A stretch of DNA of 64,000 bases from Bdellovibrionales bacterium (GCA_965219095.1 CBDCMT010000001.1:1120001-1184000), one strand, 5' to 3'; numbered from the stretch's first letter, positions 20,780 to 31,490 are shown. Translations and numbers: made by a program. The notes: generated by a model from the letters alone, not told the origin.

Positions 20780-23254
20780 CTATTTTTGATTCCAAACTTT
20801 TTCTATTTTTTTCTTAATTTTATTTTCGTTTATTTCGATTAGTTTTTTACAAGAGTCAACATAATTTTTCTCTTTTTCAATTTCAGCGACAAATTCTTTT
20901 TGGACTAAAAGGGAGGGGATGGATAGCTCAAGAGATTTTACCATGGGAACAGTTAATTGTTTAATAGAACTGCCTGTATCTCCAATATAAGCCTTTTGAA
21001 TTGAATAATTTAAAAAATGAACATCTACTTTCTTATTTTTTGGTGTTACAGTAATTAGTCTTATAGCAGGATAAAATCTTTCCAATCGAACTTCGCTGTA
21101 CCCTATAGTTCCTCTTGCTGATATAGTTACGCTTTCTTCTTCAATTTTAGCTTCTTTTGCGTACCCATATAAAGCATTGTTTTCTGTGCCATTTGTATAT
21201 ATGGGTATTTTATACAACTTATCTTTAACCTTAGAGTAGTTTTTTGGAACATCTCCTCCTGCTGATACTTTAAAAAAACTTGCATCTCCCAACTTCACCA
21301 TAGGCCATTTGGGATCAATTTTAAAAGTAGGTTTCCAGTTTTCAACAACTTGTTTAGCTCCATCAATAATTTTTTGATAGCCGTCAATTTCAGCGACAAT
21401 TTCTTTTTGAACTGAGAGAGGAGGGAGGGGGATTTGGATTTTTTTAACTTTATCTATAGTAATAGAATCAAAAACCGATCCTCCACCTCCTTTTATTTCT
21501 TTCTCCATTGCTTTCAAAATTACAAATAAAAAAACTCTGCTAATTTTAATAGATCTAATGGCACAAAGCCCTCTTCCAATGCAAATTTTTTGTTTTGCTA
21601 TATTAACAGGTCCGACAGGGGCTCTAACCGACATTAGAATATCATTTTCATGAGCTATTTTTGTTGTCTTAGATGTCCAAAGTTTAGGTTTGCTAATATA
21701 TTTTTCTGTAAATTCAGCTTTTCCCTGATAAAAAGGTAAGCCTTGTCTTTCTTTGTTATAATACTTACTTTCTGGAGATTGCCCTGCAATAATCTCACAC
21801 ACATCCCCCAATTTCACCATAGACCATTTGGTAATAACTTTCTTTTTAGGTCGATAAAAATTACTGCTTAAACTATAACTTCCCTCTCCTATGATTTTTT
21901 TCTTCTTACACCAAAAAGAAACCTCACTCTTTTCTTTGTTCTCTTTAGACCAAGATTTTAAAACTCGAAAAGCTTCTGGCAAATCATTTTCATCAATCTT
22001 TCTTCGAGTAGCTCCAAGTTCAAAGCCATCATTTTGTACGTCCACAAATAAAATCTCATCGGACTTTTTAGCTCTTTTTCTATCTAAAAACAAAATAGAA
22101 GTTTTAACACCACTATAAGGCTCAAACACTTTAGCTGGAAGACTCACTACAGCCCAAAGGAAACTCCTTTCTACAAGCATTTTTCTTAAAGCCTTGTAAG
22201 CTTTGTCTGATTTAAAGATAATTCCCTCCGGCACAATAATACCTGCTCTTCCATCTAGCTTTAAATGCTCTGCTATGTAATCTACAAATAAAACTTCTGA
22301 GCGATTGGCTCGTACTGAAAACTTATTATGTGGCCTAATACCTCCTTTAGGCGTCATAAAGGGAGGGTTAGCTAATACGACATCAAAATCATTTCCCCAA
22401 CGATTATCACTTGTTAAGGTGTCGTATTCAAAAATTTTAGGCTCTTTAAACTTATGAAGGTACATATTAACTAATGCAAGCTTTACCATATCAGGAGATA
22501 TATCATAACCTTCAAAGTTTTTCTGTAACTGTTTTCGCTCACTCGGCTTTAGTTTTTTACCTTTGTATCTGCCATTACTCTGAATTTGAATAGATAAACC
22601 GTCGTTTTCACTTCTTTCAAAACTGTGTTCAGGTTTTTTTGGATCATAATTCCTAGAGTTATTTTTAACAATATGTTTATAAGATGAAATTAAAAATCCT
22701 CCTGTTCCACAGGCTGGATCAAGAATCGATTCATTTTTCTTAGGATCTAAAACCTCCACAATAAAGTCGATAATATGTCTTGGCGTCCTAAACTGCCCTG
22801 CATCTCCTTGGCTTCCTAAAATAGAAAGTAAATACTCAAAAGCATTGCCTAAATTTTCACTGTCATCATAGCTAAACCAGTCAATTTCTTTTAGGAATAA
22901 GCTTAAAGTTTCTGCATCTCTATAGGGGAGAAAAGCATTTTTAAAAACGTCTTTAAAAAGAGAGGGCAGTGTTTTATGTGTAGGGATTTGGTTAATAGCT
23001 TGAATGTAAAGATCAAGTCGTTCTTGGCCTGATAGCTTTTTTTCAATAATTTTAGGCCAACTGTATTTTTTAAACTCCCCTGTAAAATAGGAAGCGTTTC
23101 CTCCAAGCTCTCTAGACTCTTGATCCATGTCGTCCATAAATTTGTAAATTAAAGCTGTGGTAATTTGATCTACTTGAGCTTTGGGGTCGGGGACTTTACC
23201 TACAAGAATGTTTCTCGCAGAGTCTATTCTTTTTTTTGTTTCTTGATCTAACAT
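20780..23254 (-). CDS. Type I RM fused N6-adenine methyltransferase and specificity subunit (HsdM-HsdS)
   Basis: GQFRTPRH, DPACGTGGFL, NPPF, then two TRDs each starting W.MVKLGD and ending IPLPPL/IPSL..QKE. Confidence 0.92.
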   Translation of the reverse strand: MLDQETKKRIDSARNILVGKVPDPKAQVDQITTALIYKFMDDMDQESRELGGNASYFTGEFKKYSWPKIIEKKLSGQERLDLYIQAINQIPTHKTLPSLFKDVFKNAFLPYRDAETLSLFLKEIDWFSYDDSENLGNAFEYLLSILGSQGDAGQFRTPRHIIDFIVEVLDPKKNESILDPACGTGGFLISSYKHIVKNNSRNYDPKKPEHSFERSENDGLSIQIQSNGRYKGKKLKPSERKQLQKNFEGYDISPDMVKLALVNMYLHKFKEPKIFEYDTLTSDNRWGNDFDVVLANPPFMTPKGGIRPHNKFSVRANRSEVLFVDYIAEHLKLDGRAGIIVPEGIIFKSDKAYKALRKMLVERSFLWAVVSLPAKVFEPYSGVKTSILFLDRKRAKKSDEILFVDVQNDGFELGATRRKIDENDLPEAFRVLKSWSKENKEKSEVSFWCKKKKIIGEGSYSLSSNFYRPKKKVITKWSMVKLGDVCEIIAGQSPESKYYNKERQGLPFYQGKAEFTEKYISKPKLWTSKTTKIAHENDILMSVRAPVGPVNIAKQKICIGRGLCAIRSIKISRVFLFVILKAMEKEIKGGGGSVFDSITIDKVKKIQIPLPPLSVQKEIVAEIDGYQKIIDGAKQVVENWKPTFKIDPKWPMVKLGDASFFKVSAGGDVPKNYSKVKDKLYKIPIYTNGTENNALYGYAKEAKIEEESVTISARGTIGYSEVRLERFYPAIRLITVTPKNKKVDVHFLNYSIQKAYIGDTGSSIKQLTVPMVKSLELSIPSLLVQKEFVAEIEKEKNYVDSCKKLIEINENKIKKKIEKVWNQK

Positions 23255-23263
23255 AATTAAAAT

Positions 23264-24537
23264 TTAATCCATATAAGTATTTAATGTCACATAGTTTTTT
23301 ACATACTCTGGGACTTTGGTCTGCCACTTAGTGTTGCCATTTAATGCCTTGAAATCCGTCATGCTAAAACCTGTGTAGCTATGGAGATCCCCATATTTCT
23401 TACTATCAATGATTTCCCTAAATTCACTATCTACAATATAAGCACTCAAATAATTCTTAATAGGGAGAACGTGCTGATTTTCTGGTTTATAAATAGAAAC
23501 AAATTTCTCACACTCATTTTCTAAAAGCTCTTCTTTAGTTGGAAAACGATCAATAAAGCCAAAAGTTCGCTCTAAAACCTCTTTCCATGAAAGCCTTCTA
23601 TCTAGATTTTCAGATCTTCTTATCTTCTCTAAATTCAAATAAAGCTCTGGTTTATCCTCGTATTTATATCTTACAATATTTTCTGCCACTTGCCAATTCT
23701 CCTCTTCAACAGCCTTTTTGATTCGATTATCATTATAAAAAACCTCTTTAGCCTTATCCCATAATTCTCTATCAACTTTCATGCCAGCCTCACCTACCTG
23801 TATTTCAGAGATAGTGCTTATTTTGTCCGGAACATGGATTTCAATCTCATCTATAGTTATGGGAGGACTTTCTTCTCCACTCCCGGCTTCTACAGTTAAT
23901 TGAGGTAGCTTTAAAGCTTCATCATAATTAAATTTTTCTTCAAAATACTCACAATTGGCAAAAAAATCAAAGAGTTTAAATTTTTCCTTTTCTATCTGAT
24001 GTTTTTTTTTGTTCTTGTCCTCATATTTAAATACAAACTTTCTCGTTCCTCGTCCTTTCATTTGCACAAAGTTAGTTGGAGAAAAAATTAGTCTCATTAA
24101 GCAGAGGTTTAAAATATCTTGGCAATCATAACCTGTTGTCATCATGCCTACTGTGACACAGACTCTTGTTTTACTGGTTTTATAGCCCTCAAAAAATTCT
24201 GTATAACCACGAAGTTTGTTGTTGATAAAAAGAATAGTGTTTTGTTGAGAGTTTTCTGTATCAGAAGTGACTTGTCTAGCAAAATCTGAGTTGTATTTAT
24301 CAGGCCACATCTTTTGAGCCATTTGATTTAAGATATGAGTGATTTTAGAAGCATGTTTTTGACTTACACAAAAAATGATAGATTTGCCAATTTCACCACT
24401 TATAGGATCTTTCAAGGCCTTTTCAAGGAAACTTTTACAAAAGACAATATTCGTTTTCTCAGAAAAGAACTTTTTTTCAAAATTCTTATTAAAAAAGACT
24501 TGTTCTTCTTCACCCTCAGTATTTTCTATTTTAATGC
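23264..24537 (-). pseudogene. hsdR: Type I restriction subunit R, C-terminal fragment
   Basis: KSIIFCVSQKHA, VTVGMMTTGYD, FVQMKGRGTR helicase motifs; frameshift near 24490; 5' portion lost at a MITE. Confidence 0.85.
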
Positions 24538-24611
24538 TATAGTGCTTCCATTTAGATTTTCAGTTTTTTTCTCTAGAGAACCGACCGGAAAATCTAAGCG
24601 TATTCACTATA
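24538..24611. mobile_element. ~72-bp MITE derived from IS630-B ends
   Basis: tatagtgcttcc...gaaaatctaagcgtattcactata; second copy at 24830-24903. Confidence 0.8.
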
Positions 24612-24829
24612 TAGCTGACTTTTTCATGGAGAAGAGAGTGGAACTACGCAATCCAAGTTTAAACATAAATATCTAAGTTATTTTTGCACAGATCCTAATG
24701 AAATATTTCAGGGTCACTGTGGTGCTTAAACTGGTGACTTTCTTTTTAATTTAAAGGAAAAAATTGAAGGAAAATGTATGACAATTTTTGTCACTTTTTT
24801 CTGTCATAACCATGAAACATCTTACATTA

Positions 24830-24903
24830 TATAGTGCTTCCGCTTAAGTTTTCAGGTTTTTTTTCTATAGAATCGACCGGAAAATCTAAGCGTATTCACT
24901 ATA
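24830..24903. mobile_element. ~72-bp MITE derived from IS630-B ends (copy 2)
   Basis: Near-identical to 24538-24611. Confidence 0.8.
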
Positions 24904-24914
24904 TTACAGTAGAT

Positions 24915-25644
24915 TATACCATTTCCAAAAATTAATTCGACATTTTTTTAACTCATTGCGTCCTGGCTTTTTGATAAAACTCTGTTAAATTTTTAGAGTG
25001 TCGAAAAAAGATTTAGTTACACAGATTCAAGGGTATAATTTTCTAGCTACTTACAAAGTAGAAAGAAGTGCCAACATCAAGACAAAATTATTGGCTTTGC
25101 AGCATATGCAAGAAGGAAAATCGATTCAAGAAACAGCAGGTATGGTTTTGTATCACCGTCACAGTATCAAATCCTGGTTACAGTCTTTTTTTGTAGACTT
25201 TGATTACGAGGGATTGATAGATCGAGAAGGCAGAGGACGCAAGCCTCGTTTGCCAGTAACAGAAGAAGAGAGGTTCAAAATCAAGTTAGATGAAATTCAA
25301 GACAAAAGAGAGGGAGGAAGCATAGGAGCAAAGGGAATACAGAAACTTTTAGCAGATGAATTTAACTGTTGCTATTCTCTTTCTGGGGTTTATGTTTCTT
25401 TAGACCGCCTTAATATTGTATGGATCAGTGGTCGTTCTCTTCATCCTAAAAGTTCATTAAGAAGCTATGGAACAGTTTAAGGAACATTTTCCAGAAGAGG
25501 TGGAGAAAATAAAAGAAAAGATTCAGACTCATAAAATAGAGATTTGGTGGCAGGATGAATGCAGAATAAGCTCAGCAAGGTTCTTTGAGCAGGATTTGGG
25601 CAAGAAAAGGCACACGGCCTAGAGTTGTGAGGCAAAGACAATTT
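24915..25644 (+). mobile_element. IS630 type A element, 5' part, interrupted by ISL3
   Basis: Left TIR tataccatttcc; HTH ORF 24998-25480; frameshifted continuation WWQDECR...WARKGTRPRVVRQRQF. Confidence 0.88.
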
Positions 25645-25650
25645 GCCTCC

Positions 25651-26898
25651 TCAAAAGAATCTGTGGATTCCCGGAGGTTCTGGCAGTTTTCCAAGGTTAT
25701 GATATAAGGCGATTTTTATAGCTTTAGAGGTTCTAAAGCCGTAAGATTTTCTCATAGTGAGTTTTACTTTGTTGTTTAAACCCTCTACAATCCCTGAGGA
25801 GAAGGCTTTTTTAGCCTTGAAGTAATTAAGAATAAGTAGCTTATGTCTTCGTATGGTTTTTGCTTCTCTTTTCATAGGTTCAATTTTTGAAAGCATGACT
25901 CGTCTCGTCCAACTGTCTATAAATTTACCAGCCCAAGTTGGTGAAACATAGGTCCATAACTGTCGGAAGTCTTCTTTTAAAAGATAACAGCGGATACTTT
26001 TTAAATTGTACTGTATTAAATGCCTTAATTTTACTTTTTCATAAGATTTTAAATTTTCTGCATTTTTTAACAAGGGCCATCTAGCTTTTGTTAAAAGGGG
26101 TTCATACCCATCTTCTTTCATTTTTTTGTGTTCTGAAGCTCTCACTTCGTCTAAAGCCTTATTGAGTCTTGCTACGATATGAAACCGATCTAATATATTC
26201 AAAGCTTGACTTGCCCTCTCCTTTATGACTTTTAAATAAGGCTTCCACATGTCAGAGCACACAAACCGTATCTCTTTTGACTTCTCTCCTAGTAAATCAA
26301 AGAATTTTCTAAAACTCTTTTCTGTTCTTTTTTCTCCTATCCATAGCAAACAAACACTTTCTTTGCTTATTTCATAGACTAAGGTGAGATACTGATGGTT
26401 CTTTTTCCATTGTATCTCGTCGACTCCTATAGCATATATCCCCTTTAAAACCCTTTGTTTTAAACCATATTCTACGACCCATTCTACCGAAGCATAGACC
26501 TGATTCCAACTGACCTGAAACTTACAAGAAACCTCTTTCCAAGACAGGTGACGACACCAGTCTGCTAAGTACTTCATGTAAAAGATCGTTAAACTCTTCT
26601 TACCATCGGCCCAAGGTAAATACTCAACTTTTACCCCACAGCAAGGACAATTAACTCTTCTTACAAAATAAACAAAAAACACCCTGTAACTTAAAATAGG
26701 AAGGGATTCAAAGTCCCGTGATGATTTACTGCTGTCATACACTGAACAGGGCTTCTTACAAACACTACAAAAAGCTTGGCCATTTTTACGAGCCTTAATA
26801 GGAACATTAATTGACTTTCTATCTTTTGAAAAATAAATGTCTCCGTATACAAAAGACTTCCATCTTAAACAATCATTTAGTATAGTCTTCAAAAGCAT
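25651..26898 (-). CDS. ISL3-family transposase (full-length ORF)
   Basis: CxxC zinc finger, GVDE, CSDMW, DRFHI, SGIVEGLNNKVK..RKSYGFR. Confidence 0.95.
   Translation of the reverse strand: MLLKTILNDCLRWKSFVYGDIYFSKDRKSINVPIKARKNGQAFCSVCKKPCSVYDSSKSSRDFESLPILSYRVFFVYFVRRVNCPCCGVKVEYLPWADGKKSLTIFYMKYLADWCRHLSWKEVSCKFQVSWNQVYASVEWVVEYGLKQRVLKGIYAIGVDEIQWKKNHQYLTLVYEISKESVCLLWIGEKRTEKSFRKFFDLLGEKSKEIRFVCSDMWKPYLKVIKERASQALNILDRFHIVARLNKALDEVRASEHKKMKEDGYEPLLTKARWPLLKNAENLKSYEKVKLRHLIQYNLKSIRCYLLKEDFRQLWTYVSPTWAGKFIDSWTRRVMLSKIEPMKREAKTIRRHKLLILNYFKAKKAFSSGIVEGLNNKVKLTMRKSYGFRTSKAIKIALYHNLGKLPEPPGIHRFF
26581..26898. repeat. 318-bp direct repeat, copy 1 (copy 2 at 28750-29067)
   Basis: Both copies abut the IS1634 TIRs; 10 mismatches in the first 66 bp, remainder identical by eye. 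Confidence 0.9.
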
Positions 26899-28749
26899 CC
26901 TGAGTTCGCCCTCAAGAAAGGATTAAATTTATAACTATTTGATTTCATTGGTATTTTTTTGCTTGACAACATAGTATGTCTTTAGTATGTTCATATTTAT
27001 AGGGGGGGGATTATGTACATAACAAGTCCTAAACGCAAAAACGGTAGCACAGTGGTTCGTCTTGTGGAATCTTTTTGGAAAGAAGGCAAAGTAAAGAATC
27101 GCATTATCAAAACCATAGGACAATCTAAAGATTCCAAGATCGTAGAGAAATACAAACAAGAAGCTAAAAAGCTTCTTGAACAACATAAAAAGGGTCTTCT
27201 TTCACTTTCAAGCCTTTCAGAAAAGATTCCTATTGATCTCCTACGTTTCCAAGGTGAGAGAAGACATAACCATGGTTTTGAGGACATTTTCGGAACAGCA
27301 TGGGAGGATTTAGGTTTTAAAGATTTAATAGAAACTGGAAGAAAAAAAGAGGCTATAAACCAAGTACTCCGTGAGGTGGTTTTTATGAGAGTTTTCTCTC
27401 CTTCAAGCAAGCTAAGAAGCTGTTCTCTAATAGAGAAGTTCTTTAGTAAACAAATATCTCATAAACAGGTCTTGACTATGATGGATAGAGTTTTTAAAGA
27501 GGAGGATGTTTTGAGGCAAAAGGTTTTCGAATCTCTAGCATCCAAAGGTTCGGACTTTAATGTTTTACTGTTTGATGTAACAACCCTATATTTTGAATCT
27601 ACCATGCAGGGAGAATTAAGGGACTTTGGTTATAGCAAGGACGGAAAGTTTAATGAAACTCAAGTGGTTTTGGCTGTGCTAGCCAATACAGAGGGTTTGC
27701 CTTTAGCTTACGAGGTGTTTCCTGGTTGCACATCAGAGACCAAGACTTTGCAATTTGTTTTAAACCAAGCTGTAAAGAAGTATAAGGTAAAACGAATTCG
27801 TGTGGTGGCTGATAGAGCTATGTTTTCAGATAGCAATTTTAAGTTTTTTGAAAGTTTAAATAAGAAAGGAATTGAGGCTGAGTATGTGGTATCCTGCCCT
27901 TTAAAGAAACTACCTAAAGAGAAAAAAGAAAAAATTTTTGAATTTAAAGAACTTAAAAAAGAGAGCCAAAATTCTGAAGTTTATGAGTTTTCCTACAAGA
28001 ATCGCAAGGTATTTGTTTCTTACAGTGAAAAGCGGAGATTACAGGATGAAAAAAAACGACAAAGATTGTTAGAAAAACTCAAAAAAATTTGTAAAGACGG
28101 TAAAATTTCAGCCACTAAGTTAGTAAGTAATCGTGGGGTTCGAAAATACCTTAAAACTCTAAAAGGAAGTGTTCAGATAGATGCAGATAAAATCTTTCAG
28201 GACAGCCTTTGGGATGGCCTCTATGGAGTTTGCTCTAACATAGAATGTGAAACAAATAGGAAACCTTTAGAATTATACCGGTCACTTTGGAAAATTGAAG
28301 AACTGTTTCGTATTAACAAGCATACCTTGAAGATGCGTCCTATCTATCACAGACTCTCTGAAAGAATTAAATCTCATCTTTTTATTTGTTTTTTGGCTTA
28401 CACTGTCTTGAAGTATGTAGAACTCTCTTTAAAAAAAGCTACTCTTCATTACAGCCTTAATGAGCTTATTGATACTTTAAAAGAGGTTGAATCTTTTGTG
28501 ATTGGAGACAAAATGAAAAAACCTTCTGTCTCCTATTTTGTCCCCAGAGCTTTATCCAAAGAAGCCAAACAGATTTATGCTGTATTTAAAAAAGATTACA
28601 TAAAAAAACCTTTTCGCATAGAAAACTCTTCCTAAACTTAAAATAACCCATCTAAAACCTAGTATGTCTAAAATCTGGAGGCAATCCAGAAAAATCTAAT
28701 ATATTCAAATACTTATGAATTTTATCGTTTGTTAAAGGGCGAACTCAGG
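26899..28749 (+). mobile_element. Complete IS1634-family element
   Basis: TIR cctgagttcgccct / agggcgaactcagg. Confidence 0.92.
27013..28635 (+). CDS. IS1634-family transposase
   Basis: LFDVTTLYFES, GYSKDGK, VADRAM, YRSLWKIEELFR..K..LKMRPIYH. Confidence 0.95.
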   Translation: MYITSPKRKNGSTVVRLVESFWKEGKVKNRIIKTIGQSKDSKIVEKYKQEAKKLLEQHKKGLLSLSSLSEKIPIDLLRFQGERRHNHGFEDIFGTAWEDLGFKDLIETGRKKEAINQVLREVVFMRVFSPSSKLRSCSLIEKFFSKQISHKQVLTMMDRVFKEEDVLRQKVFESLASKGSDFNVLLFDVTTLYFESTMQGELRDFGYSKDGKFNETQVVLAVLANTEGLPLAYEVFPGCTSETKTLQFVLNQAVKKYKVKRIRVVADRAMFSDSNFKFFESLNKKGIEAEYVVSCPLKKLPKEKKEKIFEFKELKKESQNSEVYEFSYKNRKVFVSYSEKRRLQDEKKRQRLLEKLKKICKDGKISATKLVSNRGVRKYLKTLKGSVQIDADKIFQDSLWDGLYGVCSNIECETNRKPLELYRSLWKIEELFRINKHTLKMRPIYHRLSERIKSHLFICFLAYTVLKYVELSLKKATLHYSLNELIDTLKEVESFVIGDKMKKPSVSYFVPRALSKEAKQIYAVFKKDYIKKPFRIENSS

Positions 28750-29067
28750 AAAAATTGTTAGGTTTTTCTTCCCATCTGCCCAAGGTAAATACTCAACTTT
28801 TACTCCACAGCAAGAACAATTAACTCTTCTTACAAAATAAACAAAAAACACCCTGTAACTTAAAATAGGAAGGGATTCAAAGTCCCGTGATGATTTACTG
28901 CTGTCATACACTGAACAGGGCTTCTTACAAACACTACAAAAAGCTTGGCCATTTTTACGAGCCTTAATAGGAACATTAATTGACTTTCTATCTTTTGAAA
29001 AATAAATGTCTCCGTATACAAAAGACTTCCATCTTAAACAATCATTTAGTATAGTCTTCAAAAGCAT
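28750..29067 (-). pseudogene. Duplicated 5' end of ISL3 transposase (repeat copy 2)
   Basis: Same N-terminus as 25651-26898, cut by the IS1634 TIR. Confidence 0.9.
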
Positions 29068-29349
29068 CTCTTCCCTCCTTTTTTTTTTTTTTGAATAACA
29101 TTTTAAGGCATCTGGGAAGTAGGTGCTTCTTTTTTAAAATTTTAATGTAATACAGCAAATAAAAGCAAATAAAATGAATGTTTTTGAGTTCAATCACCGG
29201 AGGTGATAGAGGCCAGTAAGGGCCTCAAAGAACTCAAAAATACAAGATAGGATGTCTTACTACTCTTACTTTGATTAATATGAGCCTTTTTGGGGGATTT
29301 CTAGCTACTTTTCACCCACAGATTTCCGGAAGGAGCCGACAATTTTTAT

Positions 29350-31025
29350 CCACGCTAAAAATGATCACTACTGGTTTTCATTTCTCTGAGAAGTTTTTTG
29401 TCAATAGCCTTTATGATATTTTCTTGAATTTTGCTTAGAGCAACTGTTCGAGACATTTGAATTTTTTTCTTTTTATCAGAAAAATAAACTTTGTACAGGT
29501 TCTCTAGCTCTTTTAATGCTTGAATTGGCGAAATATCCAAATTGTAGAGATGCAACTTTAATACGGAAAGCAGAAGATAAGATAAATAACAAATAAAAAC
29601 ATGAGCCACTACTCTGTTGCAAAGCCAGTGTCGCACAGGATTTAAATTTGTAACTCCTTTTAAAATTCTGAAAGCTCTTTCTACGACATCTTTATCAAAA
29701 TAAAATTTGACCATATCTTTACCAGAAATATTCTTTGTAGAAAATATACAGGAGTACCCATCAAATTCTTCTGCTTTTTTCAGTTCCCGATCCTTGATCT
29801 TTCCTGTGGGAGTTAGATATTTTTTCAGCCCCTCCTTAATGGACTTGTTTTGAGATAGACAGTTTTGAGCAGCAACTATCTCATCATATCTCGCCTCTCG
29901 AATTGTATCCTTTCTTTTATGGTTGTAGCAGATTGCCAGTTTTCCTTTAACTTGGCCAAATGTATAATTCATGCTTTTAACGTAAAAAGTATTCTTGTTC
30001 AAAATTACCCTATTTGAAACGTTTACTATAGAACCGGACTTTAAAAAATTTCGTACTGTCTTCTTTTCAACCTCTCTCATAGGAATTCCGCACAATGTAT
30101 TCCAACCCAATCCCCCTATGTGAGAAAGGTTTTTAGACGATGCTATGCCTCGATCATACACCAATAGGCCAGAACGAAGATTGTATTCTGAAAAACTACT
30201 AACAAGTGCCGTCAATGTCCTGCTATCGTGAATGTTACCCTTAAAGGTCTTGTGAAAAACAGGAATCCCTTCTTCTTGAGTTACAGCAAGACCTATCTGA
30301 ATCAGAGGACTCTTCCTTTTCCCATCTTTGCTGTACCCTGGGTTACCTAGTTGACATTTACTTCCATAAAAATAAGTGTTAGTAACATCATAGACAATTT
30401 TATTAGATGATAACTTGTATTCTTTTTTAACATTTTCAAAAATACGTTTCTGCAAAGATGGAGCCTTGGATTCGTTAAGCTGATCGAGAGCTGAAAAAAG
30501 CCTTCTTTCAGTCAGCCCATCTAAGTTTAAAATGCTGTTTAAATCTGTTCGTTCATACCATGATGGCATATTATTGACGCTTCTGTAATCCAAGCAATGA
30601 GCATAGACCATACTTAGTATTTCATCTGAATAATTGCCAAGAACTTCGGGAAGACCAACTTTTTTTGCAAGGGCATGAAGAACAATCAAGGGACCACTGA
30701 TCTTAACTTTATCGAATTGAATGTTCTCGGAAGATATAGAGATAACACGCTTATGATTCACTTCCTTTCCAAGATATCTCAAGTACTTCTGTACGACCTT
30801 GCCCTTGACCCGGACATTTTTCACCTCTGCTAAATAAGTGCTGCCTCCTCTTTTAATCTTCTTTATAAAACTCATAGTAGTTACCATTATGGTAACTACT
30901 TAAAAATAGAAGGGCAAGAGCTTTTCACAGAAAAAAAGGGCAATAAGCCCATTTTTACTGGAAAACTTCCATCTTATGGAACTTATCTTACTGTTAGAGC
31001 AATGTAGTGATCATTTTTAGCGTGG
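29350..31025 (-). mobile_element. Second, divergent IS1634-family element
   Basis: 22-bp perfect TIR ccacgctaaaaatgatcactac. Confidence 0.9.
29355..30887 (-). CDS. IS1634-family transposase
   Basis: VYDVTNTYFYG, GYSKDGK, VYDRG, VERAFRILKG...PVRH. Confidence 0.93.
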   Translation of the reverse strand: MVTTMSFIKKIKRGGSTYLAEVKNVRVKGKVVQKYLRYLGKEVNHKRVISISSENIQFDKVKISGPLIVLHALAKKVGLPEVLGNYSDEILSMVYAHCLDYRSVNNMPSWYERTDLNSILNLDGLTERRLFSALDQLNESKAPSLQKRIFENVKKEYKLSSNKIVYDVTNTYFYGSKCQLGNPGYSKDGKRKSPLIQIGLAVTQEEGIPVFHKTFKGNIHDSRTLTALVSSFSEYNLRSGLLVYDRGIASSKNLSHIGGLGWNTLCGIPMREVEKKTVRNFLKSGSIVNVSNRVILNKNTFYVKSMNYTFGQVKGKLAICYNHKRKDTIREARYDEIVAAQNCLSQNKSIKEGLKKYLTPTGKIKDRELKKAEEFDGYSCIFSTKNISGKDMVKFYFDKDVVERAFRILKGVTNLNPVRHWLCNRVVAHVFICYLSYLLLSVLKLHLYNLDISPIQALKELENLYKVYFSDKKKKIQMSRTVALSKIQENIIKAIDKKLLREMKTSSDHF

Positions 31026-31336
31026 AATTTGGGTAAATTAATTAAATTAAATTGTGTAACTGATTTTTGTCATTTTAAATTTTAACCTCACTTTTTTACA
31101 CTTATTTTAACCCATCAATCAATTCACACAACAAATAGATATACCTGAAATAAACTTATCTTATGAAAACTTAAACTCACCTTAAAAGAAGTTTTTTTAA
31201 AACCTCCTAACTGAAACTTTTCCTTAAGTCAATTTTAAAATTTTAAATTTGAACATGAAAATGTCGAATTAATTTCTGTAATTGGTATAAACTTTCACAA
31301 AAATACAGGCTTAATCGAAAAAAAGGGGAAACACAC

Positions 31337-31490
31337 CCTTTGAGGCCTTAAAAACCAGGCCAGCTAAAGGGTTTAGAATTTGTCTCGAAAAGCTCACCTC
31401 CTTCTGCAAGTACTTTAGGGTCACTATCATGGCTTAAACCAGTGACCTGTCTTTTTGATTTACCGTTATATGATCTGACAGTTACCCTTT
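31337..31490 (-). mobile_element. IS110 left-end remnant fused to an IS481 right-end fragment
   Basis: Reverse complement of 48783-48911 joined at GT (31465-31466) to the reverse complement of the IS481 terminus. Confidence 0.85.

Larger units (their letters stand above)
25645..29337 (-). mobile_element. ISL3-family element containing an IS1634 insertion
   Basis: TIRs ggctcct...aatctgtgg and gcctcct...aatctgtgg; 8-bp TSD gacaattt (25637-25644, 29338-29345). Confidence 0.93.

Noticed and set aside
29181..29240. Hammerhead ribozyme
   Set aside because: The three-stem junction lacks CUGANGA and GAAA cores on both strands
29341..31034. Target duplication for the second IS1634
   Set aside because: Flanks aatttttat and aatttgggt share only aattt; no convincing TSD
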